Source of the DNA: a plasmid
Reading direction: 5' to 3' (one strand)
Sequence record: NZ_CP118992.1
Length of the DNA: 64,000 nt
A program made the translations under genes and the position numbers. Shown in pieces: positions 9,345 to 17,804 of the stretch (position 1 is the stretch's first letter; each line of letters begins with the position of its first letter). Under the pieces are notes generated by a model. It was given only the letters and a program-made list of their open reading frames with translations, had not been told where the DNA came from and did no database searches.

Positions 9345-10028
9345 GTGCCGTTCGTTTGCATTGGCGATGAGCCGCTTACAGCAAAGCTCACGCTGCGGTT
9401 ACAGCCAGATGAGCGCGATGCGCTGCATGCCGAGGCGGATGCACGTGGTGTCAGCATGAGCGCCCTTGTCCGTGATCTGTACTTCGGCGCTGCCGTTGTC
9501 AGTGATGTGAATCGTGATCTGGTTGCAGAGTTGATCCGGCTTGGTGCTGTAGTTCGCTCCGCATGGGATTCTGCCGGTGCAAGCCAGTCACCCTACTTCC
9601 CACCTCTCGCGGAGGCCATTGTTGATCTGCAAAAGTTCGCTCGGACGCTGGCCGGAAAGATCAAGCCGAGCCGCGTCCGGTATGATCGCGCCGCTGATGT
9701 TGTCGAGTTCGTTGGAAAGTCAGATGGCGTGGCACTGGAAGCTATTGTGACGTTGCGTCTTCTGCCCACAGAAAAATACCAACTTGCGTTGGATGCGGAG
9801 ATGGCGGGTATTACACCCGGCGCACTCGTTCGACGTCGGATATTCGGTCGCCCGGTGTCTGCGAACATAAATCGCGTGATGCAGCGGCGTATCCGGTCGC
9901 TGATGGCGATGTTGCAACATTTCCTCGCAGAGCATCGTAGTCGGGACTACCCAGAGATTTATACGACGCGGAGTGTACTGGCGGCGCTCTTCAAGAGGCT
10001 GGGACATGATCTCAAAGCACATTCGTAA
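9345..10028 (+). CDS. mobC: MobC-family relaxosome accessory protein; start uncertain (GTG 9345 proposed).
   Basis: Two RHH-like repeats (LTAKLTLRLQPDERDALHAEADARGVSMSALVRDLYF and VTLRLLPTEKYQLALDAEMAGITPGALVRRRIF). The upstream part of the 287-aa track ORF looks non-coding. Confidence 0.6.
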   Translation: MPFVCIGDEPLTAKLTLRLQPDERDALHAEADARGVSMSALVRDLYFGAAVVSDVNRDLVAELIRLGAVVRSAWDSAGASQSPYFPPLAEAIVDLQKFARTLAGKIKPSRVRYDRAADVVEFVGKSDGVALEAIVTLRLLPTEKYQLALDAEMAGITPGALVRRRIFGRPVSANINRVMQRRIRSLMAMLQHFLAEHRSRDYPEIYTTRSVLAALFKRLGHDLKAHS

Positions 10029-12219
10029 CCCAGATGCGAAGGCCGCGAAGCATCGTCGCATTATCAAGCTGGTCGAGTACATCCTCAATCCACAGACTGA
10101 GAGCGCGACGGAGAAATGCGTCTATCACGGCGCACGCGGGTTCATCACTGCTGAACGGTCGATGCAGCTTGGCGAGATGATCGCACTTTCGGAAGATGCC
10201 ACGCGAAGCAAGAACACTGTGGAGCATTTTGTTCTGAGCTTGCGGGAGGGTGAGAAGCCGACACCTGAGCAGGTCGAGGAGATGATAACGATCTGGCTCA
10301 GGGAACTTGGGTTGAGCGATTGTCAGATTATCTATGGTCTGCACGAGGACACTGATAACTACCACCTGCACATAGCAGTCAACCGGATGCACCCTGAGCG
10401 ACTGGAGTGCATCAAGATCAACGGTGGCTTCTCGAGGGAAGCGGAGCATCGGGCGATTGCATTGATCGAGCACGCGCAAGGCTGGAAGTCCGAGAAAAAT
10501 GCTCGATACACGGTACTTCCAGACGGCACGCTGGCCTACCGAGGCGAGAACGGTGAGGCTGTGCCGGATGCGGGCTGGTCGGCTGATTTGGCACTCAGAC
10601 GGCGGCAAACCGATGACCGTAAAGAGCTGCGGCGACGGCATGAGCGTGAGCGGCGAGAGTTGGAGGCTGTTGAAGCTACGAAGGCGCAGCGGCAGGCGGC
10701 GCTCGATGAGCTGAGAACACGCCAGCTTGCTGAGCAGTTGGCGCAGAAAACGCAGCAGAAGGCGGAGCGCGTGGCATTGCGTAGCGCCCTCCCCGCCTCT
10801 CGGGCACGTGAAAATGTCGCGATCAGCCAGCGAGCCATCGACATCGAAACTCGCACAGGCGTGCAGAGCGCCGAGCGTACCGCCAAAGAGGTTGCCGGGC
10901 CGATCTTGCGGTCGGCATCGAGTTGGGCGCAGTTGCACGCGGAGCTGGCCGCCGTGGGGTGCCGCTTCGAGCGCGAAGGGAGCGGTGCATTGATCTGGGT
11001 TGGAGACACGCCCGTCAAGGCCAGCCAAGCCTGCCGAAAGTCATCCTTGCCTAAGTTGGAGAAGCGTCTGGGTGCATATGAGCCTGCTCCCGAAGGGATG
11101 GTGATTTCAGAGCGGGAGTTGGAGCCACTCAAGCCGGATGCGCCTCGCATGAGCGACTACATGCGCGAGCGGCGGCAGTACGAGCGGGAGCGGAAACAGG
11201 AAACGGCAGCACTGCGCGAGCGTCATCGACTGGAACAAGAGGCCGCGTGGTCACGCTACGAAGCGCGGCGCGATGCACTGCTGGCTGGCCATGCGGGCAG
11301 GAATCGGTATGCCTTGGGCGCTGTTGCACGCGCTGAGTGGCTGGCCGAACGGGATGAGCTGATCCAGCGGCAGAGCGGCGAGCGCCACCGGCTGCGGAAA
11401 CGGTTGCCAGCTTTCCCCGGCGTCGAGGACTGGTATCGGCGATTGGATGAGCCAGGACTGGCCGAACTTTGGCGACATCGAAATAGCGATCAGGCGCTGC
11501 TGGTCGGCGACGCGGACACCCCTGCCCTGCCCCCTCGGGACATCCGGGCGTTCGTGGCCGAGGTGCGTGGGCGTCAGGTTGTATTCCGGCGACTGGATGA
11601 TGCAGGCCCTGCATTTGTTGATTGTGGTCGGCGGATCGACGTGACTGCCTCGAATGATCGTGATGCGGCACGGGCGGCGCTGCAACTGGCGAAGGCGAAG
11701 TGGGGGCGGGTCACGGTCAGCGGGCCACCTGAGTATCAGCAGATGATGCTGGAGCTGGCTGCGGAGATGGGGGTGCAGATTGCAAACCCCGAGCTGCAAG
11801 AGCGGCTGAATGTGGAGATCGAACGCCGCAGGCCCGTCCCAGTGCCAACGGCAAAGCCAGACTGGTCACGGTATCGGTCAGTGGCTTCCGGTGAGGTGTG
11901 CTCCCCTGCTCGAATGACTGGCGAGCGCGATCCGCGGTGGCCTCAATTTGAGCGGGCCATGCTCCAGATCGGGCAGTTCGAGCTGGGTGTGTCGGCTGGG
12001 GTGCTGATGGGACAGCTTGAGATTGCCAAGGGCACGGTGACTGAGCGTCTTGACGCTGCGGAGCGGTCTGGCAGGTCGGTTGATGACGTGGCCCGCGAGC
12101 TGGCCACCGCAGCAGCGCGAGCCGAGGCCGAGGCATTTCAGCGACAGCTTGACGCGGCTGAACGAGAGCAGGCGCGTCTTGACATGCACCCCGACGAGCC
12201 TGAGGGGCCGGGTTGGTGA
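10006..12219 (+). CDS. MOBP-type relaxase, TraI (RP4)-like.
   Basis: Relaxase motif III HEDTDNYHLHIAVNRMHP (HxDxxxxHxH) and an N-terminal relaxase/mobilisation nuclease region. Overlaps the mobC end; the Arg/Glu-rich C-terminal half is typical of relaxases. Confidence 0.8.
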   Translation: MISKHIRNPDAKAAKHRRIIKLVEYILNPQTESATEKCVYHGARGFITAERSMQLGEMIALSEDATRSKNTVEHFVLSLREGEKPTPEQVEEMITIWLRELGLSDCQIIYGLHEDTDNYHLHIAVNRMHPERLECIKINGGFSREAEHRAIALIEHAQGWKSEKNARYTVLPDGTLAYRGENGEAVPDAGWSADLALRRRQTDDRKELRRRHERERRELEAVEATKAQRQAALDELRTRQLAEQLAQKTQQKAERVALRSALPASRARENVAISQRAIDIETRTGVQSAERTAKEVAGPILRSASSWAQLHAELAAVGCRFEREGSGALIWVGDTPVKASQACRKSSLPKLEKRLGAYEPAPEGMVISERELEPLKPDAPRMSDYMRERRQYERERKQETAALRERHRLEQEAAWSRYEARRDALLAGHAGRNRYALGAVARAEWLAERDELIQRQSGERHRLRKRLPAFPGVEDWYRRLDEPGLAELWRHRNSDQALLVGDADTPALPPRDIRAFVAEVRGRQVVFRRLDDAGPAFVDCGRRIDVTASNDRDAARAALQLAKAKWGRVTVSGPPEYQQMMLELAAEMGVQIANPELQERLNVEIERRRPVPVPTAKPDWSRYRSVASGEVCSPARMTGERDPRWPQFERAMLQIGQFELGVSAGVLMGQLEIAKGTVTERLDAAERSGRSVDDVARELATAAARAEAEAFQRQLDAAEREQARLDMHPDEPEGPGW

Positions 12220-12266
12220 GGGGGGCGATTCAGCGTGGACTCTGCTCTATATACGCCCTCATCTTG

Positions 12267-12310
12267 AGATAGCTATATATCTTTTAAGATAGCTAGCTAT
12301 CTATCTAAAT
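12267..12310. repeat. AT-rich cluster of GATAGCTA-type palindromes (e.g. GATAGCTAGCTATC).
   Basis: AGATAGCTATATATCTTTTAAGATAGCTAGCTATCTATCT lies immediately upstream of the AbiTii-like gene. Related palindromes occur at 13224..13241 and 13424..13448 (GATAGCTATATAGCTATC, a perfect 18-bp palindrome). Confidence 0.5.
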
Positions 12311-12327
12311 ATGGTGGTGAGAGTGTA

Positions 12328-13225
12328 TTGGAATTTGGAGGAAGGATGCCTGCTCTTGTCCCGGAACTGGTGAATGCGGCAATTGATGCCTCGGTGTCGC
12401 CCGGCGATTTGTTACGCCGGGCGCTGGTTGTTGCGCGGCGTCTGGCCGTGCCTGAGCTGGTCGATTGGATCAGCAGCGAACTGAACGGCTACTACTCAGG
12501 GGAAGTGCCGGACTATCGTCGGGTACAGGGGCAGTTGATGGCTGAAAACCCGATTCATGGCCCGATCCCGTTTTTTTTCGCCGCCAGACATGGCCGAGCT
12601 GCTGTCAGACTTCGCTGTAAGACAGTCGGTGCCGGAGCTGATGCAGCTTGCTCAGAGCACAACCGGAATTTACAGCCACTTTCCGGCCAACATCGAGCAC
12701 ACGCTGATGCAAATGATGCGCGAGGCGAACGGTGTGACGATGCGCCCGGCGCTCAGGTTTTCCACCGTGCAGGTGCAGGGTATCATCGAGAAGGTGCGGA
12801 GTCGGGTGCTCGAATGGGCGCTTGATCTGGAGGCTAAAGGCGTGCTCGGGGAAGGCATGACGTTCACTCAGCAGGAGAAGCAGACTGTGCAGCAGCATTA
12901 CCACTTCGGAGACGTAAGCGGCTCCCAAATTCAGATCGGATCGAATAGCTCTAACCAGACCCAGACTCAAACAGGCGGTGACATGGCTGCGCTGTCAGCC
13001 TTGATTGAGCTGCTGCGCGATGCCATCCAGCAGGGACGCATCGAAGCCGAGGTGCGCGATGAATTGCAGGCAGAGCTGGCGACATTGCAGGCTCAGGCTG
13101 CATCGCCAAAGCCCAAGTGGGCCGTCATCAAGGCGACCGCAGAGAGCATCAAAGCCGTGTTGGAAAACGCGGCAGGTAGCGTGCTTGCAGCGCAGGCGCT
13201 ACCATACCTGACGGCGCTGCTGTGA
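12328..13225 (+). pseudogene. Hypothetical protein with an AbiTii-like N-terminal region (candidate abortive-infection protein), frameshifted at a T8 tract (12571..12578).
   Basis: N-terminus ...LLRRALVVARRLAVPELVDWISSELNGYYSGEVPDYRRVQG resembles the AbiTii family pattern, recalled from memory. Frames 12328.. and 12557..13225 join if one T is removed from the T8 run. Confidence 0.4.
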
Positions 13226-13967
13226 TAGCTATCTAGCTAGCTTTGCTGGGGATGGGCCAGAAACGACAGACCCGCCAGTAGGCGAGTCTGTCGAGGTATT
13301 GGGGTGGCCCTGCATAACATGGCCAGAACGAACCTAGTGTCATCACCAGTATGGTGGCTGGGAGAGGACTGAGCCTAGGGCTGCGAGCCAAGTATAGCAA
13401 CACATGGGCGGGGTGGGGCGCGGTTGATAGCTATATAGCTATCTATCAGTGTTCAAAAAACGGTGGCAAAGCAGGCAGTGAGCGGCATTTGTTGGTGTTT
13501 CATCGTGGTTTTCTGGCGCATTGCTCGCTCTGATGAGGATGCGACCACCCCCTTGAAGACCATTTTTTTCATGGACTGTAATCCATAATCTGCTCAGCTT
13601 CCTGTGATCCGGCTCCATAGCAGCCAGCATGAAACGCGCTGGAGCGATGTAACGTGACAGGCGCACCCTGACCATTGGCAAGCATGTGATCGTGGCTCAG
13701 GGGCCATTTGCGGGCCGCTATGCGACTATTCCGCGTCATGGGCTGGGTGCCGGTTTTTGCTTTTATCACTTCAGAAAGAAATTTCGTAGAAAGTGATAGC
13801 CACGCGGCAGGCGGTGGGCAACGCGAAGCGTTGTCCACGGACTGATGCGTCTTCCGGTGGGGAACCTGCGGATCGCGAGCTTTGCGAGCGACTGTCCATA
13901 GGTGCGAAGCGCCTGTGGGCAGGCAGGTTGTCCACGGGGCGCGTCAGCGCAACTACTTGTTTTAGAT

Positions 13968-14010
13968 CTACTTGAAAGAAAGAGCTACTTGGAAGAAAGA
14001 GCTACTTGGG
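13968..14010. repeat. 17-bp tandem repeat (CTACTTG + 10 bp), about 2.5 copies.
   Basis: CTACTTGAAAGAAAGAG CTACTTGGAAGAAAGAG CTACTTG. Confidence 0.5.
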
Positions 14011-14053
14011 CGCGGGTGGGTGGTGCCCGGAAAGCCCCACTGGGCGGGGGTTG

Positions 14054-14118
14054 TTAGTGTTTCAGCGTAGTTTATTTGTTAGTGTTTCATCGTAGGAATA
14101 GTTAGTGTTTCATCGTAG
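14054..14118. repeat. Iteron-like direct repeats, 3 x TTAGTGTTTCA(T/G)CGTAG, spaced 23-25 bp apart.
   Basis: Copies start at 14054, 14079 and 14102, with a degenerate fourth near 13493. The ~2-helical-turn spacing is typical of plasmid iterons. DnaA-box-like TTGTCCACG lies at 13831 and 13928. Confidence 0.45.
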
Positions 14119-14171
14119 CCCTGCCGACTGTTCAGAAAACGGTGGTTTGTTGGACAGTTGCCGCAAGGGGC

Positions 14172-14326
14172 GGTTTTTGTCATTTTCAGAAGACGACTGC
14201 ACCAGACAACGCGGTTTGAAGGCTGTTGTGCAGTCGTCTATTGAACGAACAGTATCAGGAGTCCGCTGCACGAATGATAACCTCAAGCCGGTTCTGGTCG
14301 CGCTGGCGACCGATCAGCCCCTGGAT
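14172..14326 (+). pseudogene. 5' portion of a RelE/YafQ-like toxin gene (paralog of 38976..39281) interrupted by a TIME insertion.
   Basis: ~160 bp nearly identical to 38974..39133, including a 12-bp-stem hairpin (AGACGACTGCAC...GTGCAGTCGTCT). The reading frame is cut at ...QPLD by a Tn3-type IR starting at 14327. Confidence 0.5.
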
Positions 14327-14699
14327 GGGGACGGTAGAGAAAACGGACAAAATCGTACGCTAAGCATGCGGCCTGTCAGGTTGAGGCCATAGAGTTTGAC
14401 GTTTAGGCGTCAGATAATGCAGAAAGCGGCCCTAGTCTGACGCGATGCCAGTGAGCCGACTGACGCCCAGTTGAGGTATAGCCTAGATTGACATGCGCGA
14501 TGCAACCCTTAACTTGCTTGCACCTATCGTTTCCATGCTAGCTTTATCGTAACGCTAAGGAAGCTCTGAAAAAGCCCATGTTTCGCGAAATCACCGCTCT
14601 GTAACCCGCATGGTTGCTGGGATGCATTTCTCGAGCGGGGGCTTTTTCAGACCTTCCTTAGCTTAGCGTACGATTTTTTCCGAATTCTGCGGTTCCCCC
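14327..14699. mobile_element. Tn3-derived inverted-repeat miniature element (TIME-like, 373 bp) with 38-bp Tn3-family IRs and no transposase.
   Basis: Left IR GGGGACGGTAGAGAAAACGGACAAAATCGTACGCTAAG (14327..14364). Right IR is the reverse complement of GGGGGAACCGCAGAATTCGGAAAAAATCGTACGCTAAG (14662..14699, Tn5393/Tn1721-like). No ORF lies between them. Confidence 0.55.
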
Positions 14700-14780
14700 T
14701 ATCCGGCGAATTCGCGCTTTCTGTCAGGCGCTATCGCTGAGGCCTTGGAACGTGCCGACCCGGAAAGCCTGCACCGTGCC

Positions 14781-16137
14781 TGCTCAATGCTCTCAACTTT
14801 AGCTTATAGCCCTTGTGAACCCTATGGGAAACGGGTAAAATGGCGTTCGTTAAGTCATTGATAAATAGACAATATGAACTCGAATACTCGACCACGAGTC
14901 GCTGCTGTCCGAGTTCGCTGACTTTCTGCTCGACCCCGCGCTGGCCGAGCAGGTACGTCTTCGGCCTGGGGCCTTCACCCGCGATCGCAAGCTCACCCTG
15001 CCGCGCCTGGCGGCCATGATGATCTCGGGCATGTGCGCGAGCGTTCAAGCCGAACTCGACGCCTTTTTCGGTCGCCTGCATGCGGTGCCCGGGCGGATCC
15101 GCGAGGTCAGCGCACAGGCCTTCAGCAAGGCCCGCCAGGGGTTTTCGGGCCGGCTGTTCGAATTGGCCAGTGCGCACCTGCTGCACCTGGCGCGCCCGCA
15201 CATAGAGGCGGCACGCTGGAATGGCCGCCGCGTGGTGGCGGCTGATGCGTCGCGCCTGCGTGTGTCGACACGCAAGACGGCCGCACTGACGGCGGACCAC
15301 TACGCGTTTGCCTTGTTTCTGCCGGGCACCGAACTCACGCTGCACGCCAGTCTGCATCCGGCCGACGGCTCGGAGCGGCAGATGCTGTTCGAGGCGCTCG
15401 ACGCACTCGATCCGGCGCAGGATCTGCTCGTGCTCGACCGAGGTTACGTCGGCAACACCATGGCGGCGACGCTGGCGCAACACGGCATGGCCTTCTGTCT
15501 GCGCGTCGATGCCAGCGGCTGGCGTTGCGTCGCCGACTTCCGACGCTCGAACGAGGCCGAGCGCGTGGTCACACTGTCGCCGCCCACCGCACGCGATGCC
15601 AGCACGTTCGATCTGGCCCGCACCGCCACCACCGTGCGCCTGATCCGCAACATCGCTCCGAACGGCCAGATCCGCGTCCTGATGACCAACCTGCTCGATG
15701 CCCAGTCGTATCCGGCCGCGCAGTTCAGCGCGCTCTATCACCAGCGCTGGCGCGTCGAGGAGGCCTTCAAGCGCATCAAGCATCGTCTGCGCCTCGAGGC
15801 CACGACGGGGTTGAACTACCTCGCCCTGCAGCAGGACTTCGCCGCCAAGATCCTGGCCGACAACCTGTGCGCACTGCTCAGCGGCAGCGGCACCGACGAC
15901 GCCATCCAGACCGGCTCCCGCCCGAATCGCACCTACGCATTCGGCGCACTCAAGCCCATCCTCGCCGGGTGCCTGCTCGGCATCGCTCAGGCATGGGCGG
16001 CATTGCCCGATACCCTGGCCGCCATGGGCCGCAGTCGATGCCGCATCCAGCCAGGCAGAAGCTACCCACGACCGCCCCGAAGCAAGCCACATTTGCATAT
16101 GTCCTATAAGGGAGCGTTAAGTTGAGAGCATTGCGAG
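14781..16137 (+). mobile_element. IS4-family insertion sequence (~1.36 kb).
   Basis: Terminal inverted repeats CAATGCTCTCAACTT (14785..14799) and AAGTTGAGAGCATTG (16119..16133) bracket a DDE transposase gene. Confidence 0.7.
15016..16125 (+). CDS. IS4-family DDE transposase; the frame is open upstream to 14878 without an ATG, so the true start is uncertain.
   Basis: IS4 signature YHQRWRVEEAFKRIK (Y-2-R-3-E-6-K) and DDE_Tnp_1-like sequence. The N-terminal extension ...LLSEFADFLLDPALAEQVRLRPGAFTRDRKLTLPRLAAMM is in frame upstream. The antisense ORF 14731..16098 is rejected. Confidence 0.75.
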   Translation: MMISGMCASVQAELDAFFGRLHAVPGRIREVSAQAFSKARQGFSGRLFELASAHLLHLARPHIEAARWNGRRVVAADASRLRVSTRKTAALTADHYAFALFLPGTELTLHASLHPADGSERQMLFEALDALDPAQDLLVLDRGYVGNTMAATLAQHGMAFCLRVDASGWRCVADFRRSNEAERVVTLSPPTARDASTFDLARTATTVRLIRNIAPNGQIRVLMTNLLDAQSYPAAQFSALYHQRWRVEEAFKRIKHRLRLEATTGLNYLALQQDFAAKILADNLCALLSGSGTDDAIQTGSRPNRTYAFGALKPILAGCLLGIAQAWAALPDTLAAMGRSRCRIQPGRSYPRPPRSKPHLHMSYKGALS

Positions 16138-16321
16138 GCTGGGGGTCAAGGGCGGGCGAAGCCCGGCGAAGCGGACCCTTGACGCGCGGAATCGGGCGAT
16201 ACGCTGGTCCATGGCTGGATGCCGCGGGGTTGTGCATCCAGCCATGGAGACGAATGCGGTGATTGCCGGACCGAACACGCGGGTACGATGTGCGCCCCTG
16301 TGAAACATGAGAGACCACGAC

Positions 16322-16465
16322 ATGACCGCCAAACTGTTTGAAGCCGCCCTGGGTATTGCCTCCCCGTGGTACATCAATGGAGTGGCGTTTGACGCGGCGA
16401 AGAAGACGTTGTCGATTGCGGTCGACTTCGTCGCCGGTAGCCGCTTTTCACGAAGAAAAAATTAG
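16322..16465 (+). pseudogene. N-terminal fragment (47 aa) of an ISL3-family transposase.
   Basis: MTAKLFEAALGIASPWYINGVAFDAAKKTLSIAVDFVAGSRF matches the conserved ISL3 transposase N-terminus. The ORF ends at a junction with low-GC DNA. Confidence 0.5.
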
Positions 16466-16749
16466 TCTATATTTATACTCACACACAGCTGTCCGGTTAA
16501 AACGCGAACAGATTCAATTGGTTGTTGATGGTGATGTTGTCGGAACTGGAGTTGCTGCAAGGGCATCTTCTCGAAAAGAGTGACTGACAATATCTGTAGC
16601 AAAGTGTAGAGCGAAGCGTCGAGATTGAGGCGCTTCTTGACGATGGCGACGAGGACATAGACCGATACCGCGATCCAGATTTGCGTCTTGACCGCATTCT
16701 CCGACGTACCGTAGAAACGCTTGATCCGAAGATGCTGCTTGATCCACGC
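16462..16749 (-). pseudogene. C-terminal fragment of an IS4-family-type transposase with no start codon.
   Basis: Minus-strand frame encodes ...KRFYGTSENAVKTQIWIAVSVYVLVAIVKKRLNLDASLYTLLQILSVTLFEKMPLQQ, a recognisable transposase C-terminus, with no upstream ATG. Confidence 0.45.
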
Positions 16750-16797
16750 TCAAAAGATAGCCTCAGAAATAATTCTGGACGGAAAAGGGAAAGCACC

Positions 16798-17745
16798 ATG
16801 AAAAGATTCGTCGCGATTCTTGTTGCCTTGCTGGTGCTCTCCACACAATCGGCATTTTCCGAGGAGAGAACGCTTAATATCGTATTCATTCCTAAAGCCG
16901 GCGACCAGGATTTCTGGAAATTCATGCGCAAAGGAGTTGATCGTGCCGTTGCCGAAAGCGGAAATGTGCGGCTCACATGGCGCGGCCCGGCGTACAACGA
17001 CGATACAGAATCGCAAATCGCCATTGTCGAGGCTTACACGGCTTCTGATGTTGACGCGATAGTAGTCGCACCGACAGATGGGGTCAGGCTAGTCCCCGCA
17101 GTCAAGAAAGCGGCAGAAAAGGGAATTCCGATCATTGTCGTGGATTCAGGAATTTCAGCTCGCATCTACCAAAATTTCATTGCCACGGACAATTATTCCG
17201 CCGGGAAACTCGCTGCAAAACATTTATCTGAATTACTGGGCGGTCGCGGCAACGTGGTCCTTTATCGCACGGTGAAGGGTAGCGCGTCGACAGACGAACG
17301 CGGCGAAGGATTTTTGGCTTACCTGAAAGAGGAGTCCTCGAAGCTCAAAGTGGTTGCCGACATCTACGGTGGCGGATCACGGGGAAGATCGCTCCGTTCA
17401 GCACTCAAACTTTTGAAAGAACCACTACACATTGACGGGATTTTCGCTGTCAATGAGTCATCCAGCGATGGAATGCTCAGGGCACTGCGCGAATCGGGTC
17501 TGGCCGGGAAAATTCGGCTGATCGGATTTGATTCGACTGATTATCTTTTGGACGGTCTGCGAAACAAAGCCATCGACGGCTTGATTGTGCAAAATCCCCG
17601 GCAAATGGGATACCTCGCCGTGAAAGCAGCCATCGCTGCGGCTCGCAAAGCACCCGTCAAGGATGTAAACATCCACACCGGCACGGAGATGGTAACGCTC
17701 GGGAATCTGTCGCGGCCAGAAATTCAGTCTTTGCTGAAGCCATGA
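16798..17745 (+). CDS. Periplasmic sugar-binding protein (ribose/xylose-type PBP, Peripla_BP_4-like) with a signal peptide.
   Basis: MKRFVAILVALLVLSTQSAFS signal peptide and an RBS AAAAGGGA. Type-I PBP fold motifs (IVFIPKAGDQDFW..., IIVVDSG...). The track ORF start at 16681 is an unsupported extension. Confidence 0.85.
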   Translation: MKRFVAILVALLVLSTQSAFSEERTLNIVFIPKAGDQDFWKFMRKGVDRAVAESGNVRLTWRGPAYNDDTESQIAIVEAYTASDVDAIVVAPTDGVRLVPAVKKAAEKGIPIIVVDSGISARIYQNFIATDNYSAGKLAAKHLSELLGGRGNVVLYRTVKGSASTDERGEGFLAYLKEESSKLKVVADIYGGGSRGRSLRSALKLLKEPLHIDGIFAVNESSSDGMLRALRESGLAGKIRLIGFDSTDYLLDGLRNKAIDGLIVQNPRQMGYLAVKAAIAAARKAPVKDVNIHTGTEMVTLGNLSRPEIQSLLKP

Positions 17746-17804
17746 CATGCCTGCCTTCTTCCGGGCCAGACAGGCGGCGCAGTGTCATGCATGGAGACTG
17801 ACAC

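Noticed and set aside
10012-11150. 338/204-aa minus-strand ORFs inside the relaxase gene.
   Set aside because: They are antisense to the relaxase, which has a canonical motif III. Their composition is biased (Arg/Ser/Ala-rich).
14731-16098. 455-aa ORF on the minus strand overlapping the IS4-family transposase.
   Set aside because: It is antisense to a gene with a clear IS4 YREK signature. Its Ala/Arg/Gly-rich composition is typical of spurious ORFs in high-GC DNA.
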